DNA of 63,384 bases, filler included, from Rhabdomonas costata (GCA_019059605.1; 23 parts of 23 records of this genome joined end to end with filler, not necessarily neighbours in it); one strand, 5' to 3'. Counted from the first letter of the whole stretch, positions 12,130 through 24,971 are shown. Numbers and translations are program-made. Notes: generated by a model from the letters alone, not told the origin.

Positions 12130-13611
12130 ATGGAGTCCAGAATGAGCCCGATCAGCTTGAAGGTTCGTGCCACGCCAGCAAACGATCTTGTTCATACCAA
12201 TCTGGTTTACGTGGCTGATGGGGTACTGCCGGCCACGGTGCAGTACGTCTCCATCAACGGCGTGGTGCTCACCGTGAGCCCGCACCACGAGATTGCCGCA
12301 GGGGAGGTGGCGCTCAACGTGATACAGCGCCGCAGCGTGAAGGTTTCCTTGGGGGAGATGGTCTCTGTGGTCCCGTTTGTGGCGCCCAAGCGGAGGTTTT
12401 TGTTGGACTCGCTGTCCATCGAGGTAGACTTTATGGTGAAGAGAGCTGTAGCGGTGAGGCTGGACGGGCAGCGCTTCATTGACACCTTCCGCCGTCGCTA
12501 TCTCAACCAGGCATGCGCACGAGTGGCAACGAAATGGGGCCCACAAAAGATCCAAACGCTTCCCAGTGGAAACGGAAACGATTTTGAAGTGTTCGTGAGA
12601 CTCCCAATTAATGACTTTCCGGCATATGTCGAGCCAGACGGGGAGATATGTCCCAATGGGTGCTTTCTTGTGAATATTTGGCTGAGCGCGATGTGCACCT
12701 GCTTTCCTCGTGTTGAGCCCAGAGTTTGTGTTGTTCGGCTAACGGTCACGTGTTGCGTGTATCACCGCCTATTCTGTGATCAAGCCTCGACTTCGACAGG
12801 GCATTCACCCGTTCCTAATTGCCGGGCGGTAAAATCGATCAGAAGCCCGCCTGGAGGAGAACTCCAAACGAACTTTTGTGCGCGTGTTGATGTGCTCTGG
12901 GCGTTTTCGGGTGCTAGGCTCCCGTTGACTACCAACTTTTGAAGAATGTGAGGCTGAGGCTAGTGGGGGGGGGGGCGAACTACGTGCCGGAGTGAAGTGA
13001 AGTCTTCCCCTTGAGTTTTTTTCAGCTCTTTGTTGGGTATGGCTGCATTTGTGTGCTTATCTCCCGAAGTTCCTTTTCCGTGCAGGTCTTTGCCGTGGGC
13101 CAGCAGTGGGTGATGGACTTCGAGGGCTCTAACTTCCTCCTCACCGCCACGGACGTTGCTATCTTTGACGAGGAGACCACCACAGTGCTGCGAGGGACCT
13201 CCACGGAAACCCACGGCATGGGAGTGGTTGGCCCAGACACGAAGCCTCTTCTCAAGTATGGACATCGATCCCGTTTTCGATTTTGGGGATCTCTCCCCCG
13301 AATCCAAATGCCTTCTTCCAGTTTGCTTGCGGACATTTAGTTTTCGGTGAATAAATGTCAACAAGAACTATGCTTACAGAAGGGCTGATTTTTTCACCTT
13401 TCTTTCCGAGGCTCACCACTGAGTTGTGATTTTGCTCTTGGGCGCCTGGTCGTTTTGCGGGGGAGGGGGGGGATGCGTTTGGTAATCTCCTGTGACTGCT
13501 TGGTGTGTTTCTGCGTTTGTGCTGGTGCCTTTTTCCAGGGTCAACGGGGACTCGTCGAAGTTCATCAAGCTGGTGAACATGCCCCTTTCAACGACCTCTC
13601 GTGCCACAGAG
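12130..13611 (+). CDS. NSF: Vesicle-fusing ATPase NSF/Sec18, N-domain exons
   Basis: ATG at 12130; exons 12130-12510, 13086-13255 and 13539-13611. LVHTNLVYV, VALNVIQRR, LSIEVDF and YLNQ|VFAVGQ match the NSF N-domain. Intron 1 is GC-AG. Confidence 0.88.
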
Positions 13612-14006
13612 GTGCCTGTGAATCGCGCTGTGTGCAAGGAGCAGAGTTGAGGAGGGTTGCTTTGTCGACTGCTGATTACCCGATTTCCTGCTGATTAGAA
13701 TCCCACACCCCANNNNNNNNNNNNNNNNNNNNNNNNNNNNNNNNNNNNNNNNNNNNTTAATTAATTAANNNNNNNNNNNNNNNNNNNNNNNNNNNNNNNN
13801 NNNNNNNNNNNNGTGGTGTGTTTGTGACTTGCTTTTGGTGTTGTAGTACTAGGGAGCGGGACTGGCAGAGAACGAATCGGGGGATGCAACATCTGCGGAA
13901 TGCAATGAGCACTCTGCCCTGTTTCACCCAGTGTTCCTGTGAAATCTGCTTGCTAGGTTTTCAGCGTTGCTTCTTGGTCAACAGTTCGACACATGCTGCT
14001 TCCCAG

Positions 14007-16289
14007 CTTCAGCCGCTGCTGCGGGAGGCAAAAAGGCTGCTGTGGGATAAGGAGCAGGAGCTTGTTGCTTTGCGGCATGATGGCGAAACCAAGGGCTTAC
14101 GCCATCAGCGGGAGCTCTCCGAAGTTTGTTTCAGTTTTCTTTTGACGAATGGGTTCATTTTATATTATCGAAAATAACGACATGTGGAAAATGCAATGCC
14201 ATCACTTTTATGCGCTTGACGTCTTTGGCGGGAGTGGGTTGGAAGGTTGAGGTTGACAAGTAAGGGCGCTGCACGCTGGGCGCTACTCCGGGCGCCGCGT
14301 TAAGGGGTTTGAAACGAAACGAAGGGGTTTACTGTGCATTTTCATTGTTTTCTTCGAGGTTAAGCGGTGTGCTGCAACTCCCCAACACCCAGAAATGAAC
14401 CGCAAGCTACAAGTTTTTCCCTGACGCTCATGGTCATTGTAAATGGCGGCTGCCACTGAAAGTGTTAAAGAAGGCCCCCAAAAAGGGGCAACATGGTCAA
14501 AAAGGGACATCTCTTACCGCCCCTCCCCCCACTCCGTGGAATCAACAACGAGCTCAAAAGGGATAACCCTGATGATCACCACGGGCCGTCGTCGTTGATT
14601 GAATGTGGCGACCGTGACGTGACGTGCTAAAAAGGCTGTTTTAAGGCAAAAGTACCAAAAGTAAAAAAACGGCTCAAATCGGCTTAAAACTGCGTTTTTC
14701 GGCACCCCCGACTTCGAAAACGTCATGTTGGGTCGATTTCGGAAGGGTCGAGTTTTTTTTTTACCCCATTTTGGCCCATGTCGGTGGTCCTCAGTGGTCG
14801 TCGTTGTAGGGCTCAAAAAGTCGTCATTTTGGCTGAAAAATCAGCATTTTCTACCTCTTATCGGTCGTTATGAGCCTCCAAAGTGTGTTTTTGTGTTCTA
14901 CGATCCCAAAAATAATGTCACCTTTTCCAATTTCATCACAAAGTCTACTCCGTTTTGTAGTCATACGGTAGTTTTAAGGGGGATTTTTTTTTCGGATTAT
15001 CGCTTTGTCCTTTGGGGGGGGGGTCCCAGAAATTGAAAATTTTCATTATGGTTCGAAAAAGTTAGATCGTTTTTGCCCGTCCATCAGCAACCCATAATCT
15101 GGGGTTGAAGGACCTACGGCGGCTTACTACGTTCGTACCTCACTACCTTTCGTTTCGGAACAGAGAGCTTGAAGCCAGGTAAGTTCCGTCCCGTCCGTTT
15201 TACTCAGTTTCAGCCGGGCGGATAGTTGCCATCTTCGAAGGGTTTCCCCAAAAGAAGACTGGTCTTGGCTCGCGCTCTTCGGGCAACTGCAATTCAGACG
15301 GCCCGCAGGAGACGCCACCATAATGACGGGTTCGCAATTTTGTAAAATAAAAAATTCTAAAAAAGAAATTTGTCAAGCGGCCTTCGTCCGTCGTGTCCGT
15401 CATTTTGGTTGCACGGGACATGTGTGAAATGGACTGGGACTCTGATTTTTTGCTCATCCTTGCTCATTTGTACCCAGCTGCGTCAGTTGGTCGAGTCGCT
15501 GCGCAACGAGCTGGCTGCGTCTCAGCTTCGGGTGGAGCACGTCACGGGTGAGCGAGATGCTTTTATTGAGCGGAAGAAAGTCTACAAGACGCATATTCGC
15601 GCCTTGAGAGGAGCTTTGCACAGGACCAAGGAGGCATGCGGCACCCTGCCTTTTCCCCGCCTCCTCAACGGTTTTAGCTCACGGGAGCCTGCAACTCTCG
15701 GAATATTTTTGGTCACCGCCCCGCTGCTTCTGCACTGCGGTGTTCACGTTGGCTACATCTCAGCGTCTCTCCTCCCTCAGTGTGTCGGACCTTGAACACT
15801 GGACTGTTTGCTGCTTGCTGGGTTTCTGCTTGAATTAGGGTTGGCTGTTTCAGAGCGTTGTTGAACGTTGACAAGATTTTCTCTCATCAGGCTCTTCGGC
15901 GCTGCGAAAGAGATTTCAAAGTTCAGGTAGAGCGAAATGGACAGCTCTCGGCACTGCTTAGTCAGCGGCCATTGTTGCCCTCCGGCACCCTGGAATCTGT
16001 TCTCCTCAATCCAGACTCAACAAGGTGTGCACTTGCATCTTCAGCAACTAGCGCAGCCGATAGCTGTGGAAATAGTTGTCCCCTTTCTCGCAACTCAGGC
16101 TGTACGTTGAGCCATCCCTTTTGCACAATGGTCATGAACAAAGCAGAGCTGTGGGGGAGCGCCTCACGGTCCCGCTCGTTTCTCCTACTCATCTTGGAGG
16201 TGGCGCCAAGCCTGAGACAACACAGGCGTGCCACCTCTTGCAGAGACTCGTGCATCTCTTACCTCTGGATCCATAGCAAGCTGCTTTAG
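14007..16289 (+). CDS. Coiled-coil protein of unknown function, 3' part
   Basis: Exons 14007-14123, 15478-15633 and 15891 onward, all phase 0. Heptad-rich E/R/K/L sequence. Intron 15634-15890 is GC-AG. The 3' end is uncertain. Confidence 0.6.
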
Positions 16290-16589
16290 CAGTGTTCCCA
16301 ACAGACTATTTTGTTCGGCAATTCATGTAAATGTTTGCTGTTTCCGTGGTTTTGAGACGCATCTGCGAAACACCACAGCGCGTGTTCGTTAGGCCGTTTC
16401 ATTAGGTTGTACGCTCAGTGCAGAACCCCTTTCTGGCTTTGGCACAACCAGTTCACATCTTTGCCACAACCACNNNNNNNNNNNNNNNNNNNNNNNNNNN
16501 NNNNNNNNNNNNNNNNNTTAATTAATTAANNNNNNNNNNNNNNNNNNNNNNNNNNNNNNNNNNNNNNNNNNNNGGTGGGTGTGGGGAGA

Positions 16590-18707
16590 GTAGGCCCTCG
16601 GGAAGGAGATAGCCGATGCTCTGAAGGAAGTTGCGGTAGGACTGTGGCTCCAGGGGTTCGCCCTGGTGGGCCTTGCAGTACTCGTCGATGGCACTCTCCA
16701 GGGCCTCTCGGCGGCGCAGCAAGGTTGCGTTTGTAGCCCCGTGGGTGTCCACCATCGCCTTCAGGGACGCCCAGAAGCCCTGCGGAAGCCCTTCCCCATT
16801 TTATTTTTATCTCTGTTCGGAATCTAAATGCGCAAGGCGAAAGGGGGAGGTGTGTGTGGGGGGGGTTAAACATTTTGCGGTCGAGAATGGGACGAAAAAA
16901 ATCGATAATTAGGGGCATGCCAAATTTGATCCGCTAATAACAGTGAAAAAACATTTAACATTGAAAAAATATGATTGCCTCGAGTAGGGGCCCAAAATAG
17001 AAACCACAGCAGTCCAATCCTATCATTGGCCCGCCAACCATCACGGTTGAGGGCCTACAACCCCAACACCGGAGCAGCTCCGAACCCCCCTCTACAGCGC
17101 CCGCTTCGATGCACCCACGACCACCACTACCGCACGTACACGCGCACTGACATGCAAAAACTGCAAAAACACTCCAGAGCGCCGGCCGCAAGCTTATCCA
17201 AGTGCAGTATTGAACAATTATACAGCAACTAGTACTTATAATACTGAGCACACTGGGCTGCCGCGAAGTGACGAATTCTTCAGTCTAAAAAAAAAAGGCC
17301 CTCTGAAAAGCCCCTCCCCCAAGAGAGCCCAGACAAGTTCCTAACAATACCTCGGGGCTAACGTTTGCCAGTTGGGCAGCCTCCTGCACCAGGGCATACA
17401 GGTCGGCACTGACGCGCATCCCCGCGACCTCCTTCCGTGGCGCTGCATCCAATGTGACACGCAGAGCTCCGTGGGAAAGAAGAGGAATGTGAGAGGGGAA
17501 AGGGGAGGGATATCACATGAGGAACCCAGCACCCCCAGCGGCACTTACATTTGCACTTTCTTCGGATTGCCTTTGACGATAACCCCGTTAGCGTTATTTC
17601 CAGCGAGGAGAGGTGCAAGCTTTCGGCTTCCTCTCGACAGATGTATCTGCCTGCCAGCGTTGTGACTTGCTGGGTTAACCAGAGAAGAACTGGGGTAGCG
17701 ATTTGGGTGAAGCGAGGCTGCCGCGGTGGGGAACTGACCAGGGTCACCGTTTAGTCCTAACCCCGGAACATCAGGTCGAATTATGAGAGAGAGGGGGGGG
17801 GCAACCTTACGAACCTCCAACCTAAGCACAGGCATTGACCAATCATCCCAATCACCATCCAGGTTGAATAATGAGCAGAGAACACACTTTGATGTTTAAG
17901 AGACAGGCAGATATCACCGAAACTTTTGCAGGCATATCAAGTGTTGCGAAGGAAGTCAAATGCACCGAGAACAGCTGCCTTTACATCCTAGGACAGAGTA
18001 GGTGCCAGACAAAGACCCCCAGGCTGTTTCTTTTCACGAAACCTTCTCTGGATGGAGGCCCCATCCAAAGGTTCGGCCCCAAAAAAAACATCCCTGGCTG
18101 CGTTGAAGAAGGGCACTTTGGGGCCAAGTAATACCGTGAAAATGCTTAACTCCAAACCTTGGAAAATAGCGAGGGTGAAGAACCAGTAACGGTGAGATGG
18201 AGGCCAGTGGGTGGGCGGCGGGAATGGGGGGAGAGTCCACCCGCATACCCCTCTTGGTGGAGTATTGCTGCAGAGACCGCTGCAAACCTCGAGAAGGACA
18301 TATGCAGGGCGTTCCTGTGCAAAGGAAAAAGGAGGGGGAGCATATGTCGCTCGCAGCGGTTTAATCCAGCATCAGGCAAGGGACAGAGAACAAGCAACAA
18401 CAAAGAAGAAAAAAATCCCCCCCCCCAACCCAACCCAACGCCAGCCAAGGCACTGGTGGTTGAAGTGCTGAACTTTCGAAACACGAAGGATCAGAATCCC
18501 CCCATCTCCTACGCCGAACCAACTGAAGCTAATTTTTGGAGAGATGAAGTAAATTGACGACGAGGAACGAATACCGAAGGTGACGAGAGGATTGCAAACG
18601 ATGCTCCGCGGTCGAGACCGACTCGGCGGAACAATATTTCCGAAACCGCGCCGCGCTACGGAACGTGCCAGCGCCTGCAGGCCCGCACGGCGTGCCGAGG
18701 CAAACAT
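16590..18707 (-). CDS. glcB: Malate synthase G (GlcB-type), N-terminal part with transit-peptide-like leader
   Basis: ATG at 18707; exons 18707-18575, 18314-18249, 17442-17351 and 16779-~16590, all GT-AG and in frame. VAGMRVSADLYALV..GFWASL..NATLLRRREALESAID..YRNFLQSIGYLLPEG matches the MSG N-terminus. Confidence 0.85.
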
Positions 18708-19344
18708 GAGTTGGAAGTCAATGTACGCGCGGAGAGGAGCACTCAAAAGTACAAGTTATATGAGGTCTACAAAAAAGAACGGAGGGCTGGTGCAAAAAGC
18801 AGACAAGGTAATACCTCAAATGCTCTCAATAACTCGCATGTTACTACACACAGATCATCTCCAAAGCCCATGTTCTCAGACAGGAGCGATTACAGACATG
18901 AAACCATCGTCACCACGTGGTAGGGTTGTTGTCCAAAGACGTCATCCCATTTCCCCATGCAAATTAGGGTGAAACTTAAAACATAAAACTTTAAACTTAA
19001 AACCAGAAGCATATAGTTCCGCCTGAAACAATCGTGCCACAAAGATAAAATGCCATCGCCTCTGCCGCCACCAACAATGGAACACGACCAGTCAAGAGCT
19101 TAAATTTGAGACCCTAAAATCAGGAAGAAACATTGTCACAACAGAAAGCGTCGAGGCAACAACAGAGTGAAGATCTGGCATCGGTGCACTGTGACCACAA
19201 CCGCAACCACAGAAAAAAACACTCACAACCACACNNNNNNNNNNNNNNNNNNNNNNNNNNNNNNNNNNNNNNNNNNNNTTAATTAATTAANNNNNNNNNN
19301 NNNNNNNNNNNNNNNNNNNNNNNNNNNNNNNNNNGTGGGTGTGG

Positions 19345-21807
19345 GGCTGGGTAACCCGTACCAGAGCGGGAAGCAATGCCTCAAAGCCGCCCAGGGTGGC
19401 GGTGAACCGGGCCGTAGCCTTGCCGTGGTGCCGCAGCACACAGCCCAGGGCCCGAAGCACTGGTGAAAAGCACAAGCACACACCCGACATGGACCCGAAA
19501 CAGACGCGTGCGGGTTGTCCTGGCTTCCTTCACATCGCATCTCTGAGCCGTGAATTTCTGACACTCCATGGGGGAATAAGGCTTCACATTGGCCCCGCTC
19601 GGAGCGCTACAGACCCCAGATGGGGTTATCTATGCTTAAGTATACCCGGTACGCGTGTAAGGAGGGGGGGTCCGCCTCAGAGGTCGAGGAACTGTTCCCA
19701 AGGGCAGATTCCGGTCTCGCAGTGTGTTGGAAAGGGAACACTATCTATCCTCCGCACTCTTGTTTCTTGTGGACGCGTACTTGCTTCGTTACACTTTGTG
19801 CTTTCTTATCTGCACAGCGTTCACCCTTTCAGACCTCTTTACCTTGTTCTTACCCGTGTCTAACCTACTTGTTCCCACACCCCTCCCTCTCTCCCTCCCT
19901 CGCTGCGTGCTGATGTTCTTGTGCTGTGTTTTACCATTGTCGCTGAGCACGCACTCGCCGAAGGGACGTCGTTCCCTTTGTTGCCTGTGTTGCCGTGTTC
20001 GGTTTTATTCCACGATTTGGCGGAAAGGAGGATACAGTACATCTCCCAAGGCGTCTCCAAGGGAGGCCTGCCTCGCCTTGTGAACCCCTGACTGATAGTG
20101 AATCACGGTTAATTCAAGTTCACTTCTAACAAGCGTTGAGGACAGAGATAGTATTCGCACCTCCGTTAGCAAGGTCCGCCACGGGCACGGCAGCAGCCCC
20201 CGTGCCAGGCGGAGGCGCGGTGGGCGGCGGCGGGTGAAGCTGCTGTAGCACCGCCACCAGCTTCTCCAGAATGCTATTTCGGAAAACAGGAGCAAACAAT
20301 CACAGCAAAATTGGCATCACCACCTCTGAGACTGCGTGCATCTTCCACATACAAGCTGAACCGCTGCTCTCTTTTTTCCCGCACTCGCACTGTGTGACCG
20401 CCTTTGCAACCCGGCCACGGGATGAAACGGTTTGTCACAAGGGATCCCATTCCGCAGCAGAAGCTTTACTTCGATTGTATCAGTGAATCGTGTTTCACGT
20501 GTTTCAGACGCAAAGCCATAGAATGTCATACTTTGAAGCTCCTTCTACCACGGAAAACACTGCAGACGGTAGCCTTGAAGAACACCTGCCACCTCACCAC
20601 GCTGACCAGAAAGGGGGGTTGGGCTGCGTGGGTCAGAGATGTAGGAAATGGAGTAAAAAAAAGCAACAGGTGTGGATGGATGGGTGGGTGAATGCGGGAG
20701 TGGGCTCACCAGAACATTCAGGACCACATTTCTGGCCCTTAGCAAGTCATCCACGGTGCATCCCTTCTGAAGGACGCCGCTGGACGGTGCAGCAGTGCCA
20801 GAAGAGCCAGAGCCCTCCCTCCCATCGGGTGTGTTCTGGCGCAGCAGCAGATACTGCGCCTGCAGGGAATGAAAGCAGTCACACAGCACGTCCGGGGCCC
20901 GGAAATGGATCAGCGCGGGCAGGCTGCGGTTGAAGTTGTGTGTCAGGATGAACAGCAGGGTCTGTCCCACAGGGGCGATCACGGTGCGGGGAGAGGAGGG
21001 CGCGGTGGGGTCACGGCGGCGCAGGACGTCCAGCAGCAGGGAGAGCTCCACGGAGTTGTTTGCAACGTGGACCTGGGTGGCCATCACGGCGAGGACATGG
21101 AGGGCGCTGTGGCGGATCAGCCGGTGCAGCTCACAGAGCTGAGAGGCCACCTGTGAGGTTGGGTCACCGGTTCTGTGAAGGTTTCAAGGAATCAGTAAAA
21201 AAGAAACGAGTCGAAAGGTGAGCAGCCTTCAGGCTTCCCACTTCCTTCGTCTGCCTTTGCCTTCGCCTTAACACTGCGCCCCCGTGGGGAAGGAGCACCA
21301 CACAAGCCTTCCACTGATACGAGCACACGGACTACTGGCCTGTAGAGGAGCCGTTGGTGACGCTTCTGCAGGTTCAATCCGCACTGAGGTCATCCACTTG
21401 CTACAAGAAGTGACCAGCCACTGCTCTGGGGGTGCCCGAGAATAAACCGACGGAAAGATCACGATGGCGGCCGAAGACGGTGCAAATTGACTGCCCACCC
21501 GGAATAGCTCAACAGAGCCAACAGGTCTCACCACAACTGCAAGGTATACAGCACTGGACATACACTCGCGCACTCACGCACGTACCGCAGGGTCGTCCGT
21601 GGGGGGCAGGCTGAGGAAGTAAAACTGCCGCCCGAACAGCACCTCGTACAGCTGCGAGGAGATCAGCGCGATGCACTCAATGACGCCCCCCGTGAAGCGC
21701 TCCGTGCGGGAGCGCTCGCGTTGCTCACGGGACTCATCCGCGGTGAAGGGCTGCTGCACGGCTGCAGCCAAGGCGTCGGGGTCCTTGCGGCTCTCGTCGC
21801 ACAGCAA
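19345..21807 (-). CDS. Unknown multi-exon protein, internal fragment
   Basis: GC-rich, AG/GT-bounded coding-like blocks at ~21800-21586, ~21365-21270, 21150-~20710, ~20270-20165 and ~19440-19345. No family recognised. Confidence 0.5.
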
Positions 21808-22220
21808 GGATACAAACAGGGGCAGAAACAGCCCCGTCAGAAGGCCCTGGCCATTAAAAAAAAGCGAGGCAAAATATTGTCATACCTTAAATGTGCACTA
21901 TATCAAGCGTTTTCGGACTCAAAAGCTAAAATGGGAGGTGAATAAACCAGGTTCCACAGAATGGGCTGCCTGCCGACACTGCGGAGGAGAGCAAANNNNN
22001 NNNNNNNNNNNNNNNNNNNNNNNNNNNNNNNNNNNNNNNTTAATTAATTAANNNNNNNNNNNNNNNNNNNNNNNNNNNNNNNNNNNNNNNNNNNNTTTTT
22101 TTGTGGAAGCCAGCCAAGGTGTCCTCGCCAAAAAATTCAGTTCAGCTTTAGCGCAAAAACGATGAACAAAGAGCAGAACCCAACAACCTGTCATGAAAAA
22201 AGAAAGTTGGAAACTCGAAC

Positions 22221-23282
22221 CTGGATCACTTCCTCAGCGGGTGTGTCTTCAAACAGGTTTATGTCAAAGGTCAACGGAAGAAACTCTTCGTCCTTGAAAA
22301 AATGCGAACGGTAAACAGCGAACGGTAAACAGAGAACAGCACCCATGCTCTAAATATGAAGGTTGCAAAAAAAAAATTGTACCTCTCGTGTTTGTGCCTT
22401 GGCCGCAACTGCTGCAGTGATGGAAGCACTCTTCATTACTCCCTGGGAAAATGGGGTAAAACCGAACCTGCTTCGCAAAACCTGGTTATCTTCCAAGTCA
22501 CACATGCAAATCCCGGCTCCCCCCTGACCCTTCGATCAAACAATTTTTCAACGTGCCCTCAATTGTCCCCTCAGATTTCTCTCCAGTTCGTTTTTGTATG
22601 CGCTGCACCATGCAATGTACTTCCGCTGTACTAAGGTACCCAGCCACGACAATTTCAAATGAGGTTATCTCTCGTTGGGCGCCAGCCATTCGCAGCACTA
22701 CTGCCTCAACTCCGACCATCTGCGAAAATATCCTATATCGTGCGTTCTGTTCAGCAAAAGTCGCTACAAAACGCCCTTGAAACGCAGGCAGCCCTAAACT
22801 TTGCTGCTTCCGCAAGAAGTACCTTTACGTAGGCGCGGAGGATGCGGTTCTCCAACAGCGACGTTTGGTGCACATAAATGCAGGTGTATAACGTCTGGGG
22901 GAGCGCGTAGCCGCTAAACCAAGTCAACTGCATAAAGGAAAGTACCACAGGAACGGAGCAAAATCAAAACCATAAGAAATTTGAACGCAGCTCACCTCGC
23001 AAGCCAGAATGTTGTCCATGATAGCAATGGCTTGGGCAGCAGAAGGAGCACGCAAAATTTCCCCCCGTTCAAGGAGCTCTTCGAGCTTGGGTGTTGTGGT
23101 CTTCCCAAACCCGCCGTCCATCTTGGGATCCATAATCTAAATGTCAAAAACGAGAAAAGAAAAGAGTTTGCTTTCTTTCTTTCTTTCGCTTCTTTTTGGA
23201 AACAAGGGGGGCACCTCCACTGCCGACATCACTTCGCCCAGACTGAAATCCGGCACACTAATCATTTCCCCAACCTTCAGCT
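22221..23282 (-). CDS. NAA35: NatC auxiliary subunit NAA35/Mak10, N-terminal exons
   Basis: Exons 23282-23215, 23136-22996, 22927-22823, 22442-22383 and 22292-22221. Translation ELKVGEMI..FSLGEVMSAVE|IMDPKMDGG..LACE|LTWFSGYALPQTLYTCIYVH..RE|DEEF. The first exon is unresolved. Confidence 0.9.
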
Positions 23283-24269
23283 CTGAAAACAAGAGAAATC
23301 GGGGTTGAGGAATGCGACCCGTGGGTAGGTCCTACGTCCGGTGTTTTGGACTTTTGTTTTGACGTTTCTTTTCGTTGCTCTCTATGCATCCTGGAAAGAT
23401 GCTCTGCAATGTCATGTTCTCTCCCTGTCATGAATGAAGCTAAAAGTCTGTCACACCTCAAAGGATTGCTCTATAGGCTCCATACAGGCCACATATGCAG
23501 CACATGGGGTTGTGGTGCACACATTACCTGCCAAACGTGTAACCAGCCGGGGTGCGACGGATCCAAGGGTTTGCATTATCGCCACAAGTTGCTCACGTAG
23601 GTGATATCGGTTCAACCATTCCGCTTTTGTTTGCTGCCTTTTTCTTTTTATCTCTCAATCTCAATTTTCCCAGGAGCTGGGCTTGCTGGCTCCTTGGCTT
23701 GCCCCTCTCACACAATGTCTATTTAGTCCATGGGATAATATTCCAAACCAAAAATCTTATATCGCCTTTCATAGAACTGACTGTTGGCAAGAATTCTTCC
23801 AGAATTCATATGAGAAAATATTAAATTTTAAAAACCTTGCACAGCAGAATTTAAGAATGCTGTGAGATCCTCCCAGTCCTTCATTCCGATGCGACGATCA
23901 AATTCCATTGTTTGTTTCGTGTGGATGGACCTCCTAGCAACTGAGCTTCACAAACACCTGTAGATTTCCCATCCCCTTCTCCTCTTCCTAATATCAATTA
24001 TTCGATTTTGTTGTTCCTTTTTTGATATCATTGTGCAAAGCAGGCCAAATCAGGATTTCCTGGGTTTCCCTTGTAACAGGATTTCATTGGTTCAAATAGT
24101 TCACTTGTTGGAGCATAAGAGTGGCCAACAGTACAACGGGGAAAACACCAGGCGCCCAGGGAGTAAACAAAAGTATGTTGAGGGGTGCGTGGCGCAGCTC
24201 TGTTATCTCACTTCTTGTGTTTTGTGTCCTCTCTCCATATCCCCCTCCCAGTCCGCGTACCTCATAAAT

Positions 24270-24750
24270 ATGGCTGTTGAAGAGATTGTCGCTCGAATTC
24301 AGCACCAAGTGAGGCAGAGTCGAGTCCGAATCACTGAGTTCTTCGGAGACTTTGACAAGCTGCGGAGTGGGGCGGTGACCCAAGAGCAGTTTCGGCGAGT
24401 CATCAGCATGTCTGGCCTGGGTCACCTGCTGACAGAAGCGGAACACAGAGAGCTCTTTCTCCACTTCGCAAGTGCGTCGCGGTCGGTGGGCCCTGGAAAC
24501 CCTCCGCGGGTCAACTACTTTGCGTTCTGCGATGCCATCAACGCGGCGTTCACCGAAAAGAACCTGGAGAAACACCCGTGGGCACAGCCTCCGAAACTCG
24601 CAGCAACAGCCGCTGCGGTGAGCCCCACCGAGGCGGGTTCCCTGGAACCCCTCGCAGACGCAGGATTGATGGAGGAGATGCGAATGTTTGCTCACGAGAC
24701 CACAGCTCGCGGGCTCGTGCTCAAGACATTCTTTCAGGACTTTGACAAAC
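24270..24750 (+). CDS. EF-hand repeat protein (EFCAB6/FAP115-like, probably flagellar), 5' part
   Basis: ATG at 24270 after a pyrimidine tract plus AG. Motifs RVRITEFFGDFDKLRSGAVTQEQFRR, VNYFAFCDAI..FTEKNLEKHP and LKTFFQDFDKH. Confidence 0.75.
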
Positions 24751-24971
24751 ACCCCCNNNNNNNNNNNNNNNNNNNNNNNNNNNNNNNNNNNNNNNNNNNN
24801 TTAATTAATTAANNNNNNNNNNNNNNNNNNNNNNNNNNNNNNNNNNNNNNNNNNNNGTGTGTTTTTGGACGCGTGGACGCGTCATCTGCGCCATTCTGGT
24901 CATGCCGATGCCCAGTTGACTCCTTTGGAGCAGCTGCTTAAGTTACCCTATTCTCGTTGCGGGGGTGGCAG

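Noticed and set aside
11878-12942. 354-aa ORF
   Set aside because: Only 12130-12510 is NSF exon; the rest is upstream sequence and intron read-through.
17549-17747. Perfect GTAAGT donor at 17548(-) with upstream open frames inside the malate synthase gene
   Set aside because: Exon 18249 joins 17442 in frame without it, and there is no homology. A cassette exon cannot be excluded but is unsupported.
22498-22815. 105-aa minus-strand ORF inside NAA35
   Set aside because: NAA35 homology joins 22823 directly to 22442, so this is intronic.
23283-23431. Possible second GA donor (GTAG|GACCTA) for NAA35 exon 1
   Set aside because: GT-based alternatives fit equally well and the N-terminal homology is too weak to choose.
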